Position numbers and translations under genes: made by a program. A DNA stretch of 56,339 nt, from NCBI GenBank assembly GCA_032718475.1, contig JAUCBJ010003264.1, forward strand, positions 1 through 56,339, written 5' to 3'. The notes under the pieces are model-generated. The model ran no database searches. It was not told where the DNA came from and saw nothing but the letters and a program-made list of their open reading frames with translations. Within the stretch, counting starts at the first letter, position 1, and the number at the start of each line of letters is the position of its first letter. This document shows positions 23,101 to 33,999 of the stretch, in pieces. This DNA comes from Nemertoderma westbladi (lineage: Eukaryota > Animalia > Xenacoelomorpha).

Positions 23101-24415
23101 GCGGCCCTGTAGTGGGTGCGGGCGGCCCCGTGCGTTGCACGGGCGGCCCTGTAATTGTGGGCGCGTGCGACCCCGTGCATTGCGTGGGCGGCCCTGTAGT
23201 ATGCGTGGGCGGCACTATGAAACCAAATGAATTAAGGTAACCTCGTTCTTCGATTGTGTAACCTCTCCGATCCCTATTGTACTGATAATCAAATGCTTGA
23301 TTACTATCATTTAGTGTGTCCCTTCCTTGTTGGAACCTGTTGTACTCGTACATACCACGTCCCTGTCGACTTGCATTAGTCGCCGGGAAACTTCGCTGGG
23401 CAATCTGTGATCGTATTCCGTTCTGCGGAATCTGGTATCGACTCGGACGACTCTCGGACGACTCCTTCGATAAAACCTGATCGAGAGTAACATTTTCCTT
23501 CCCGAAAATGTCCCATCCACTGATTGATTTGTCACCTATTCTAAGATTATTACCTGAAACACGGGCTGATAGATTCTGTTGTTTCGCATCTCGAGCCAGT
23601 TGGAATAACGTGTCTCTTTCTTGCCGCATTTCTGCCGGGAAGTCGTTGACAATGCGGTACTGACTGCCAGCTATCTTCTCCTTACATTCAAGAACTGCAA
23701 ACTTCTGTTTTGTCATCACAAATTCGACCTTTATTGGCCGAGTCCAATTGGGTCTATATCGACCTTGCCGCCGAACTCCGTCTATCCAAAGTTCGTCAGT
23801 GTTTAGCCCAAGTCCACTTTGGAAGAATTCCAGGACAACGCGCTCCGTATCTTCTCCTCTACGTTCCGGTATATTCTTTACAATTAAGTTTTTCCGCGAC
23901 ATTGTTCGTTCCATCTCGACCTGCCTCCTCAATAACTTATTATAATTTTCATCAACTCGTAGGTCAACGTTCTGCAGATGAGATCTTATCTGGTTAATCC
24001 CATCATTCATTGCCGGGAGTAAAGACAAATTCTCTAGATGGTTTTGATCTAGATCTAGACCTATGGGACCAGCGGACCTTCCGCTGCTGCTTACCCTAGA
24101 TCTCTTCGCCCTTGCCGCTGTCAGCTTCCCTCCAGCAACTGACGTGGCCCCGGCCACGTAAACATCTGAATCCGAGTTGTTTGCTACCCAAGCAGTGGGC
24201 GACTCTCCACGTATCCGTCTACCGTAACAGGCTGGGTTTGTTCCACTTCCAGCACCGTGTTGGAGTTGCAAGGATTGCTCCATGTATTCCTCGTTCCATT
24301 CAGCTTGTCGCTCTAAATAGACATAGTTCACGTTTTGATTTCCGGCAATGTCATAACCGACACCGACGGTCCCGGCTCCGGCACTGTTATAATCGCACCC
24401 TGCCATACCTTCCAT
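20132..24415 (-). CDS. Chimeric LINE ORF1: A-derived coiled coil/L1-type RRM + B-derived SAP domain, coiled coil and SGNH esterase, with three internal tandem repeats
   Basis: SRKNLIVKNIPE...RPIKVEF (L1-type RRM); WSIATLKAELGRLDLKTSGSRADLIKRL (SAP); IFMDSN, IHTGTNE, DDRH (SGNH blocks). First ATG at 24415; ORF track starts at GTG 24427. Confidence 0.85.
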   Translation of the reverse strand: MEGMAGCDYNSAGAGTVGVGYDIAGNQNVNYVYLERQAEWNEEYMEQSLQLQHGAGSGTNPACYGRRIRGESPTAWVANNSDSDVYVAGATSVAGGKLTAARAKRSRVSSSGRSAGPIGLDLDQNHLENLSLLPAMNDGINQIRSHLQNVDLRVDENYNKLLRRQVEMERTMSRKNLIVKNIPERRGEDTERVVLEFFQSGLGLNTDELWIDGVRRQGRYRPNWTRPIKVEFVMTKQKFAVLECKEKIAGSQYRIVNDFPAEMRQERDTLFQLARDAKQQNLSARVSGNNLRIGDKSISGWDIFGKENVTLDQVLSKESSESRPSRYQIPQNGIRSQIAQRSFPATNASRQGRGMYEYNRFQQGRDTLNDSNQAFDYQYNRDRRGYTIEERGYLNSFGFIVPPTHTTGPPTQCTGSHAPTITGPPVQRTGPPAPTTGPPMQHTGPSAFTARPPAFTARTPMQRTWPPAPTTRPPMQRTGPSAPTSGPSAPTSGPSAPTCGDGDGVFITQDQPPDINSWSIATLKAELGRLDLKTSGSRADLIKRLQAVSLRDFKAIRDNTAPYIVPGAQRGSLSKNYSGPRSAERPLRLCSTLPAPIASAIPVSVDPNKENTYENNCGTSIGQVRDLPIPMQTNTSISTGNDVDMAILETENEDNPPFVKNRPNLHRFSSNHESHIPVFELDDTVSWDRQTSDRSILRNRSRSRSPGFTKRYNVENPHCDCIHKMEEFRDEMYGRIHALQNEIAFLNETLSRHQSILDESATLGRGVSDESTVCPTIPDGSTVRPTIPDGSTVCPTIPDGSTVRPTIPDGSTVCPTIPDGSTIRPTIPDGSTVRPTIPDGSMVRPTIPDGSTVCPTIPDGSTVRPTIPDGSTVRPTIPDGSTVRPTIQEGSTVRPTIQDGSTVRPTIPDGSMVRPTIPDGSTVRPTIPVPESPESQNHPITTDADNCQENSPRPSSPPYTTVRNAKRDKPRVLIFMDSNRRFIRTRQIDITAKMIPTGNSQDLIDRMYSSAKFDSNVTKIYIHTGTNEVDPINRSTRPICKNIETAIGVAKQTWPNCQIVVSSILPRTDIDVTNINNNLRISCRKLKVTLASHTTINRSHLYDDRHISLRNIKILAKSIKDFLHRNIIVTDHSVNFGKQLRYPDTTPARYPDTNPARYPDTNPARYPDTNPARYPDTNPARCPDTNPARYPDTNPARYPDTNPARYPDTNPARYPDTNPARCPDTNPARCPDTNPARYPDTNPARYPDTNPARCPDTNPARYPDTNPARYPDTNPARYPDTNPARYPDTNPARYPDTNPARYPDTNPARYPDTNPARYPDTNPARYPDTNPARYPDTNPARYPDTNPARYPDTNPARYPDTNPARYPDTNPARYPDTIPARYPDINPARYPDTIPAQCHEVPEEKVLLKYNRPVVDAFISLLRAINI
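20226..20996 (-). repeat. 24-bp coding tandem repeat, ~32 copies (PARYPDTN)
   Basis: Plus-strand unit gggttggtgtcggggtaccgagcc. Confidence 0.95.
21633..22101 (-). repeat. 30-bp coding tandem repeat, ~15-16 copies (PTIPDGSTVR)
   Basis: Plus-strand unit gggattgttgggcgaaccgtggacccatcc. Confidence 0.95.
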
Positions 24416-24563
24416 TCCATTCACCACTCACTAGGAGTCTGCAGTCCAGTAGTATAATGTATATTAGTATTAGATAAGTCAGGCAGGCAGTGTCAGTATA
24501 AAGTTACCGGTGCGGTACACCCGGTTACAGTAATAGCAATTAATAATACCCACCCGAGTACAT

Positions 24564-25054
24564 ATTAACCCACCCGAGTTGTATTAATCAAAATATTTAC
24601 TATCAACAACGTAAAACCACGATGTAGTACTCAAATTAACCCACCCGAGTTGTATTAATCAAAATATTTACTATCAACAACGTAAAACAGCGATGTAGTA
24701 CTCAAATTAACCCACCCGAGTTGTATTAATCAAAATATTTACTATCAACAACGTAAAACCACGATGTAGTACTCAAATTAACCCACCCGAGTTGTATTAA
24801 TCAAAATATTTACTATCAACAACGTAAAACCACGATGTAGTACTCAAATTAACCCACCCGAGTTGTATTAATCAAAATATTTACTATCAACAACGTAAAA
24901 CAACGATGTAGTACTCAAATTAACCCACCCGAGTTGTATTAATCAAAATATTTACTATCAACAACGTAAAACAACGATGTAGTACTCAAATTAACCCACC
25001 CGAGTTGTATTAGTCAAAATATTTACTATCAACAACGTAAAACGATGATGTAGT
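24564..25054. repeat. 71-bp satellite array, right part (~7 units)
   Basis: Same unit and orientation as 10605-11179, resuming in register at attaac|ccacccgag. Confidence 0.95.
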
Positions 25055-25099
25055 AAATCCATATAGTAGAGTTATACAGTATGAAAAATTGGCGACACA

Positions 25100-28000
25100 A
25101 TGAATCAATATGTGAGATTAAACGTGTTACAACACAATACAATACATTATATATATATTTCAACATATTGCCTTAACAAATTAATCAATTGCATGATACT
25201 ATTAGATCCGGCTATGTTAGCTCTAAATTTTATAATAATGTTTAAATAGTTGATTGTGGGATTATATGATTCCAAAATAGTAGAGGATATACTTGTGTTT
25301 ATCGCAGAAGGGGATTGCCATTTTATAACAGTTTGCAATAAACCTAGCATCATTTTTCTCACTTATAAGTAGAGGTTTGTAGTGAGTGGAAAGTAGGAAG
25401 CGGATAGGCCATTCTGGCTTTGTGATGGGTGCTGCCAAGGCCAATGTGTGCCGTGTCTTGTTTGATGTATAATAGGGCATAACCGAGTCCAGTTTGCAAT
25501 AAATCATTAGGACAAGTTTCTAATCATATGATGGCCCCTACTATAGACTTGTACGCCTCATCGGCAATGTAGCTGCATCCCATTAAGCCGTAGAGAGTAT
25601 TGTTACCCACATAATTTCCCACACAGAGTAGTCTACGTAGCAGCCTATGTGATTCTATCACTTCAATTTGCGTCCTAGTTAGGGCTCCAAATAGGAATTT
25701 TATTTTATATAAGGCCGATGGAATTCGAATCGTTCTCCATATAATCTTCCCAAAGTTTCACAGTCAAACTTCCGAGCTGTCCATGACTTACTTCTGAATA
25801 TTTCGCAAATTGTGGATAAGGTACTGATGCAATATTGTAAAGCATTATGTCGCCTTGTTGCAAGGTTGAATCCTAGGAAACACAGATTGGTACTTTTCGG
25901 GATAAGGTGGTTGTTAAACTCCAAGATTGCTGGATGATGAGAAGTAGAACTGCAGATCCATTTAGTTTTAGTCAGTTCGATGGTTAGGTCCAGTTTTTCG
26001 CATTCCTCCGTTATATGCTTCATCATTTGTTTTAGTTCACATTCACTTGTGGCGAGTAGAAGGAAGTCATCAGCATATCCTATTACTCCCACCCATGCAG
26101 ACCCAATTACGCATCCCAAATTGTCGGTTTGTAGTTTTAGTTGATGTATAAATATTAAACAGAAATGGTGAAAGTAATGAACCCTGTTTTACCCCCCCCC
26201 CCCCCCCCCTTAATATGCTGTACCCTGTCAATTCAACGTGTTCTCCGAATTTTAGGAAAATAGTGGTGTTCATATAATAACGGCATAGGACAATGATATT
26301 AAAAGGATTTATGAACTCCGACAACTTGTTGAATAACATGACCAGATTGACTTTATCAAACGCAGCTTTGATATCCATTTGGCAGATATATAGAGGAGTT
26401 TTATGTTGGTGATAATATTCCGTACATTCAAGTGCCAATCCGATTGCCATGTCTGCACCAATTCTTTTTTTGAAACCGAGCTGGTTAGCGTTTGTTGAGT
26501 TAACATACTCTGAGAAATACAAGGATAAAATTGATCCCTCCAAGATTTTCGCAAGGATAGGTATTGAGGCAATAGGGCGATAAGAGGGAACGAGCTGGGG
26601 ATTCTTTTTCTTTCCCTTATACACATGGGTAACAGTTGTGTTCCCGAGGAATTAGTCTGATAGTAGGAACAATTAAAGACCCATAGACCCATTAAGGATG
26701 TTGGCGATAGTCTTAGAGGTTGTGTCGGAGTTGGTATGAAGAAGGTGCTCCACTGTAAGAGAAAGAAAGTCTGGTGATTTCCCTTTATTAAGTTTACTGA
26801 TGACTCGTTTGCTTACAATGGGTAAGATATGTGGCATGGTTCCAATGTCGCATTTTTTCTTTAATTCCCCAATGAGATTGTATAAGTAGGTCACTTTAAG
26901 TAGGTCACTGTATAAGTCACTTTATCAGCTTGATTAGTAGACTTTCGCTACATATGATGTAGCCTTTTGGTAGTGGATATCCTTTCCTTTAATTTTGTTG
27001 AGTGGACCAGGCATTCTTCCTCCTTATTGGGACTTTCCTCCTTTTCAAGATTGGAATATAATATAGTTATGTGCTGCCTTTGTAAGAATTCTTTCAGCAG
27101 TGCTAGTATATAGTCATTCAGGTCTCCTACAGTCCAAGTTGAGAGGTCTTGTGAGTATTGAGAATTCAATTGGGGGAGGAGATTTTTCACTTCAAGGGTA
27201 TATTTATCTATGTTTGTCTTTGTGGCCTTTGACCAATGGTGTTTGGCTATACTCATGCGGGCGGGAGTGCAACTATTAGTGACTGGAGGTGGAGGGGCTT
27301 CGGCGCAAGGTTTTATTATGGGGTAGAAGTGTACTTCAACTGTGTATAGTCAGATAAGTTCTAAGATTGATCCATTGTGTGGACCTATCCAGAATGGGAA
27401 ACGACGTGTATTTTACTTATGATATGGTCTATATAGGATATCCCCGTGTCTCCCCTGTAGAAGCTGTGGCAGGGACCAGTAGTGGTAGCAAAGGTATCAA
27501 AGGCAGCCATATGATTAGATATCAGAAAGTTGTTAAATTTTTTTCCCCCTAGGAGTAGCATGTTTCCTGTTACATCTTGTACCCTGGAGGGGACCAACGT
27601 CTGCGTTACTATCCATGAGTATGATTGGAGTAAGGTCACTGTTGATGTCCACTACAGCCTGAAGTTGTCCTATGAAATGGTCATAAACAGAGCTCCGTTT
27701 AATTGAATCAGAGGCATAGCAGGAGAGTAGTAGGTACCGGTATGCGGTTTTGTCGGCGGTCAGTAGTGCTTTAGCTCCTATTATATTATCCTCACATCCT
27801 ATTTCAGTGACATTAGAGAACTTGCACTTCCTCAGAAAAATGGCGACCCTATCTGAGTTTCGATAGGATAACGATTTAGCAGGTATGTGAAAGTAATTGT
27901 ATTGAATTGAATGTAAAATTGTCATCAAAGTCTTTGAAAATGGCCCTGGCATCAATGCTGTCACGCAGATGCTCGTGCATTGCTAGCACAATTAAGTTCC

Positions 28001-28425
28001 TCAGTAGATTGTGAATGTAATCAATGTTGTCAGCTAGTCCCCAGCAGTTGTATGTTCCTACTATGATGTTGATGTGATCACCATCGTCCATGTACCATGT
28101 ATTATTTTTGTTTGTGACATCAATTTTATCACTACCTATGTTAGGGTTAGAATGCGTAAGATTGGATAAGTTTGCCTCCAGTTTCCTTCCATGTCTTCTG
28201 TGTGGTCTGCCTTGCTTCTGGACATCTATCCTATCCAGGGTGCCATATTCTTTCCATCTGTTAAACTCGATACTTCACCGGATGGATCTTTGTATGGCAG
28301 GGGTGACTTACGGTCTTTTTCCTTTGTAACACTATACATAAATAACATGTGTTGTGACTTACAGCCTTTCTACATTGCATATCTCTAGAACTTGAGTAGA
28401 TATGGTGTTCTCGATTATACCATTA
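25100..28425 (-). mobile_element. Decayed APE-type non-LTR retrotransposon 'C' (ORF2 in many fragments, ORF1 remnant at ~28100-28420)
   Basis: VGTYNCWGL, MDSNAD, SYIDHI, GKSPD, YRPIA, MDIKAAFDKV, GVKQGSLLSPFLFNIY, GYADD, FLG in collinear order. Confidence 0.85.
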
Positions 28426-29007
28426 GATACAGTAGATACAGTATGTGGACGCGTCCATTGTGTGGGCGAACGCGGACTCGGACCCCGGGACGGCTTAGAT
28501 GTTAGAGGTCTGGCGGGTTTGTTGGGTACTGGCAGTGGCAGAGTGGCAGACTGGTGATGGGTACTGAACCAATTTGTATTGTTTGTATTGTTGCTAGGTA
28601 ACAGTTTGAATCAGCTGGTGGTGGGTTATATTTGTACTTGTTTTGGTGCGTTTTTATATTCGAATTATTGTTTGTTAATATTATAATATATGGAGGCTGC
28701 GGAGAGTAAAAAAAAAAAATAAAAAAAAAATTAGATACAGTAGAGTACATTTTTTAGACCCAGAAAAAGTGAATTTTGGAAAAATGAGACTTACGGACTT
28801 TTTACATTGCACGGCAGAACTATGGCTGACCCCTCACACGGAGCAACTTTTGTTTCAGAAACAAGCTGCAGAAACAAAATTTGCTCAGTGTTGAGGTTTA
28901 ATAGGACCATTAGTACATTATACGAAATATGTCAAAAAAATTAAATCACAAAAAAGTTAAATTAGGCCTACACTATTCCTATTAAATCACAATTAGTTAA
29001 ATCAATC

Positions 29008-29201
29008 TAGGCTGTGATTTGGTTCAATTTTCAAAAGTCGAATCGAATCGAATGAATTTTCTTTCATTTTTCGATTCGATTTCGTGATTTTTCGATTCGA
29101 TTCGATTTATGGAAAAATCGCTTTCGATTCGATTTCGACCCAGTGAAATACGTTAGATTCGATTCGATTTTCGATTCGATTTCAATTCGATCCCATTCCC
29201 T
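29008..29201. mobile_element. Small non-autonomous DNA-transposon-like insert with inverted (AATCG)n subterminal repeats
   Basis: gaatcgaatcgaat on the left, many ttcgattcgat on the right, ending cccattccctg; truncates the adjacent LTR. Confidence 0.5.
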
Positions 29202-29209
29202 GCATAGAG

Positions 29210-32200
29210 TCCGTATCAGTGCCTCAATAAAGTTAGGTCCATCCAAGACAAACCTGTGTGGAAATAATTCCACACACACCCCCACATCACAAAAAAACAT
29301 AAAGCTAGTCGCGAAATCTTGAAGTACGCCGCACAACACGACTGAAGGAGTTTATTTGTTCATCAGTGACGGATGTTGAGTGGTTGTTAATGGGTGCGGC
29401 ATCAGGGACAGACATCAGGGACGTGGTAGAGGCACAATTGGATGACACATTCGATGTAGAAGCACCCCCATGATGAGGGCTGGGATCATTTACACCCCCA
29501 CGGTGCTCATGACCTGTAGTGTCACATTCCAGTGGCACTAATAAGTGTACAGCGCTAGTAGTCTTCTTACCACGGATACATAATTCCACAGAACGTGCTT
29601 GGCCATCACGGCTTGGTAATATCCGTAAAATGCAGGCCAAAGGCCACTTACCGCGAGGTAAATGGCCACATTTCAGGTTTGCTTGTCGGACCAGGACAAG
29701 GTCTCCGGGTGAAGGAGATGATATAGGGGGTGCACGGGGCAGGCGCCGTGCAGAGTGATGCAATATAATTTGATGACCATTGTTGCCATAGCAATCGGGA
29801 AAGTCAATCGCGACGAAGGTGTGCTTGATGAAGGCCAGAGTTATTAATTGCAGATGGTTAGGAGAAAGATGAGTGAGGACTCGTTTTTATAAAGGTGCAA
29901 TTTTGTTAAAGTTGCATGAGGGGTGACGATGACCCAAAAATGCAAGATGTACCTGATAATGTGGAGGATTGTCCATGGAACGAGTAGGGATTGGAAATGA
30001 GGGGGTATCAACATCGAGTTCCTTAATTCCTACTGAATCCAACTCCCACAGTTTGGTAAGAGCGGAGAGATCACTGACTAACAGCATAGGGGAAGGAGAT
30101 CCCATGGATGGTTGTCCCTGATAAGGGCCACAAAATACACGACCAAAGAATGTTTCAATGACTATAGGGGCATTTGGAAAGGTTTGGGTAGGACCAGTAA
30201 CACTCCAGATATGATCAGCCACAATAATTAATGCAATATCACGTTCACCATCATCAAATTGGTCAGCCCAGTGAGTGAGATTAGCAACAGAAGGAGGAAA
30301 ATTAGAAAGATACTCCTGACGCATTGTGGGACAGAGTCTGTCTGCAGTCCAGGCAGACATAGCCACAGGTTCACCAAAATACTGACTATGGAGTTGGAGC
30401 TGGATAAGATAACGCTCCTGTGTCATTATATGCCCATCAAAAGACCCAGTGGTCATGGTGCGTGTCTGGATGCATGGTAAATTAATATCCTCAACCATGG
30501 ATGACTTGATATAAGATCGCTTACAGCCATCATCAAGATATACAAATATCCATGCTCCGTCACCAGGAGGAGCACCTGGTGCAGAGATATAGGCCCGGGC
30601 AAGCTTGACGAAGACAGGACAGTCATGGGTGGACTGTTCTGGCATTACTTGGAGCACTGATAAGACTGAATTATGGAAAGGGTTAGCGCCATTACCATAT
30701 GTTGGCAGTACTTGGAGTAAAGTTATTCAATGGAGTGTATGGCACAGCATGAGCACTCGGTTGAGTATGAGCCAGAACACTAGACTGTAGCGCCTTAGAA
30801 GTGCTGCCGGGAATACCTGTAAATGGGGATCCAGGTGGATCATTAATATTCAGCGCAGGCAGAGTAGGCCATGATGGCTTAGAGGCCTTATGTTCCTTGA
30901 AACATAGTAAAGAATTATGTCGCTTACCACAATGTTGGCAGCTATATTTGGAGGAACAATCCTTTGTCTGGTGGGTACCAAAACAGTTTGTACAACAAAG
31001 TTTACATGACCTAACAAATGAAAGATGTGCAGCAACAGATTTATTCATAAATATAGGGCAGTCATGGAAACGATGAAGGGGGCCTTTGCATGCAAGACAG
31101 GAAGGAGGTGCTGTCGATTCACCCACAGCCAGAGCTGCAGAGATAGAACCACGAGAGGTGAATGAACGTCCATGGTTATAGTCTACCAACACTGAGCCAT
31201 GTGGTATGCGAGTTGAAGTACTGGTACCACAAGAAGTGGCTGTAAATGCTACAGATTCCCGTGATTCAAGTTCCGAAGACACAAATTGAAGAAGACTATC
31301 AAGGTCAAACCGTTTAGAAGCTTGACAGTTATGGTTCCATACCAGTACGATGTCTAGTGGAAGTTTCTGCAGCAATAGTGGAGCTAACAGTAAGGATGTC
31401 AGGTCTGTGGTAGAATTAGTGTTCAGGGAAGAAGATGGCCCCATGGAGGGGGGGGGGGGCATGGGTGTGGATCTATTTCTGTAGAGAGATGGCGGATCTC
31501 CCTAAGAGAACCCTCGAATGCATCCATGGTTTTACGAAATCCACGAATATCCTTGTCTTTAATAGGGGGTAGGGAACATAGACGACTGGCATACATTCCT
31601 ATAAGAAGATGTGGATTTCCGAAACGGCGTTTCAGCAAAGAAATAGCAGCGCTATAATTTGAAGATCAAACTGAAAGACCATAGAGAGCATCTTTGGCCT
31701 CCCCCTGGAGGCAACTCTGCAGACTTTTGTACATCTCCAAGCTGTGGGTTGTCATGGATTAGTGCACAAAACTGGTCCCAAAAGGGGTGCCAGTAAAGAT
31801 AGTCCCCATTGAAAGAAGGGACAGAGATCCGCATAGAAAGGGGGTCCAGGAGATGGCACCCTACTGTCCACACTTGAAAGTAATTGTTTGGTTTTAAAAA
31901 TTATTTGATCCAAATCATGGTCGTAATTGGAAGGGGAGGATTTAGAATACCCCAATTCGATAAGTTCAGAGTCAATTATATTTAGTAACTGGTGTTGACA
32001 GTCTGCCAGTTCAACAAGATAGGCTAGGTCATCAGCATTAATATTTTTTTTCTCTGTACTATTGCAAACTTCTAATTGTCTGATTAGGGATGTAGCCTAA
32101 AAAACGGCCAGACTCACATTGATGTTTCAGGACTTCAATATGCCCATCGATATCCTCCTGGAATATATCAACATCACTGGAATCTCTGTTGGGTGATGTA

Positions 32201-32578
32201 GGCCTGCTTATTGACATGCCGGTACTTTATTACAGTCAGACAGTACAGGCAAATGTGGGTTTTCAGTTTATTGTTCAGTTCAGTGTAAGTGAGTAGGAAA
32301 GCCGCGTTCAGCATTGACATTTGCCAGGTGTAGGCCTATTATGGCTGTGGTACCAGTACAGCATTACTTTATATGCAGATGTGAGGCTACCCACTGACTG
32401 GTATTAGTTAAATCCCACCTGGTGAATCCGGTTCGAAGAATGTGCGGGATGGTCGCGAATATAATATAAAAATCCAATAAGCTGTCAGCCATTAATAGTT
32501 AGGCTAATCATAATAGGCTAATAACTCAATAAGTTAGGTCCACCCAACACGAAACCTGTGTGGAAATAATTCCACACA
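29210..32578 (-). mobile_element. Internally deleted BEL/Pao LTR retrotransposon relic
   Basis: Gag VPSFNGDYLYWHPFWDQF, triple Zn knuckles (CLAC...H...C; CTNC...H...C; CQHC...HNSLLC), protease VYLDDGCKRSYI, integrase C-terminus GDLVLV...WPLACI...SRDGQARSV; LTR starts TGTGTGGAATTATTTCCACACAGG at both 32578 and 29276. Confidence 0.88.
32425..32440 (-). other. Primer-binding site (tRNA-Tyr-like) after the 5' LTR (32441-32578, TG...CA)
   Basis: Minus strand CA|TTCTTCGAACCGGATT resembles TGGTCCTTCGAGCCGGA, the complement of the tRNA-Tyr 3' end. Confidence 0.6.
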
Positions 32579-33999
32579 CCAACGTTGGGATCTGGGATGA
32601 CGCGCAGATTGATTGCGCAGGTAGTTCTAGTGCCTGACTGTAAGTATTCCAGTCAGATTCTAGTGTCTTATTAGGCCTAGGTTCTACTGTAGCTTCTAGC
32701 TGGTATGTCCGAGACCTAGTGCGGCTGAGGCCCGGCTGAGCAGTCCGGCTTCTAAGTTTGACTGGCGTGCATGTCAGAGGCATGCTCGCGGCTTGCACCA
32801 ACAATCACTGCCAAGCAATAACAATCACAACAAATTGAGTTTAGTTTATAGCACAGCAGCAGTACAGCAGTATATATGTGTAGTTCAGATACCAATATCA
32901 GAGTCAGAGTATCAGAGAAAATTCAGATATGAGACCCATCACCCATACCTACTCAGGCGCACATGACCCACCATTGGCTGTGCAGCTCATCTGCTGGGCC
33001 ATGCCCTGTACCCCTGCTGCCAGGTGCAGGTTGCAGTGAAGGGCACTCAGAGTGGACATGAAAACACTCTACTCCTGACCAGCCAATGGTAGATCACCAT
33101 CTGCCTGGCCAGGCCATATACCCCTGCAGCCAAGTATATGGGTCCTTAATCCAGGACCAAGGGCATCCCTATCCCAGAACGAAAGGGGTCGTAGTTACAG
33201 GACCAGATTTACTCTTAGTAATAGGGTCTGTACAGCCACAGGTGGCACCTCCTTTATGCTGCATGGAGGTGGCAAGTTTTCTTGATCAATGACCTAGAAT
33301 ACCTGACCTGACCAAAGTATACTTGGGTGCCAGATAATGTTTTACATTAGTTAAATAATGTGTTCGCAATCGTCCAAACCGAATTGTGCTGAACATGATG
33401 TCTGAGTCCGATACCAAATAAATGGTCTGTCTTATTAATGTTACATTAACGTTTTGCTATGATGCTGTTCTCTCGTGCTGCACGAAGGCCCCACTCGTGT
33501 ATGTTGTAACATACTTCAGTGTTGCTTGTATCCTTTTCAGGATAATGAGCCTATCCTTGTTACTATGTAGTAGTCCCTAACAGCAACCATTCCTTATTAG
33601 CCCTAGACTTGTTTGCGATCAACGGTTCACTCAAGTCCGTACTTTTGGGGCTTTAACTGGTTATCTGTCTGTTACTTACTTTATAATCAATGATAATTGA
33701 AAATATGTAAAAGTCAAGACGACCACAGTGCGTTTTCCACCCAAACATCCCAGCTAGGAAGCATCCGCCTGCACCCGTAATACCAGAAACTCTGTATTAC
33801 CGCTTTGTATCATGGTATCCAGGCAACAATATTAACTATCAATGCTGGATACCCTGACAATCATCCCATGACGAAGGTCCTATTGATCAGGAAGAAGGTC
33901 CGAAATTATCTACAAATCTTTATCATAAAGGCATGGGAATTTGTAACTCATGTGAACATGATTATGAAACTCTCTTATTGGACAACGTTATTAGCGTCA

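Larger units (their letters stand above)
11180..24563 (-). mobile_element. RTE-X-like LINE 'A', apparently full length, split by insertion of LINE 'B'
   Basis: (TAA)n tail at 11180-11195, ORF2 pieces 11309-15170, ORF1 pieces 15146-15661 and 22922-24415; flanked by attaac direct repeat within the 71-bp satellite. Confidence 0.75.

Noticed and set aside
20132-24427. A single native 1431-aa ORF1
   Set aside because: The TSD and in-frame continuation at 15661 indicate it is a fusion of two elements; reported as a finding instead.
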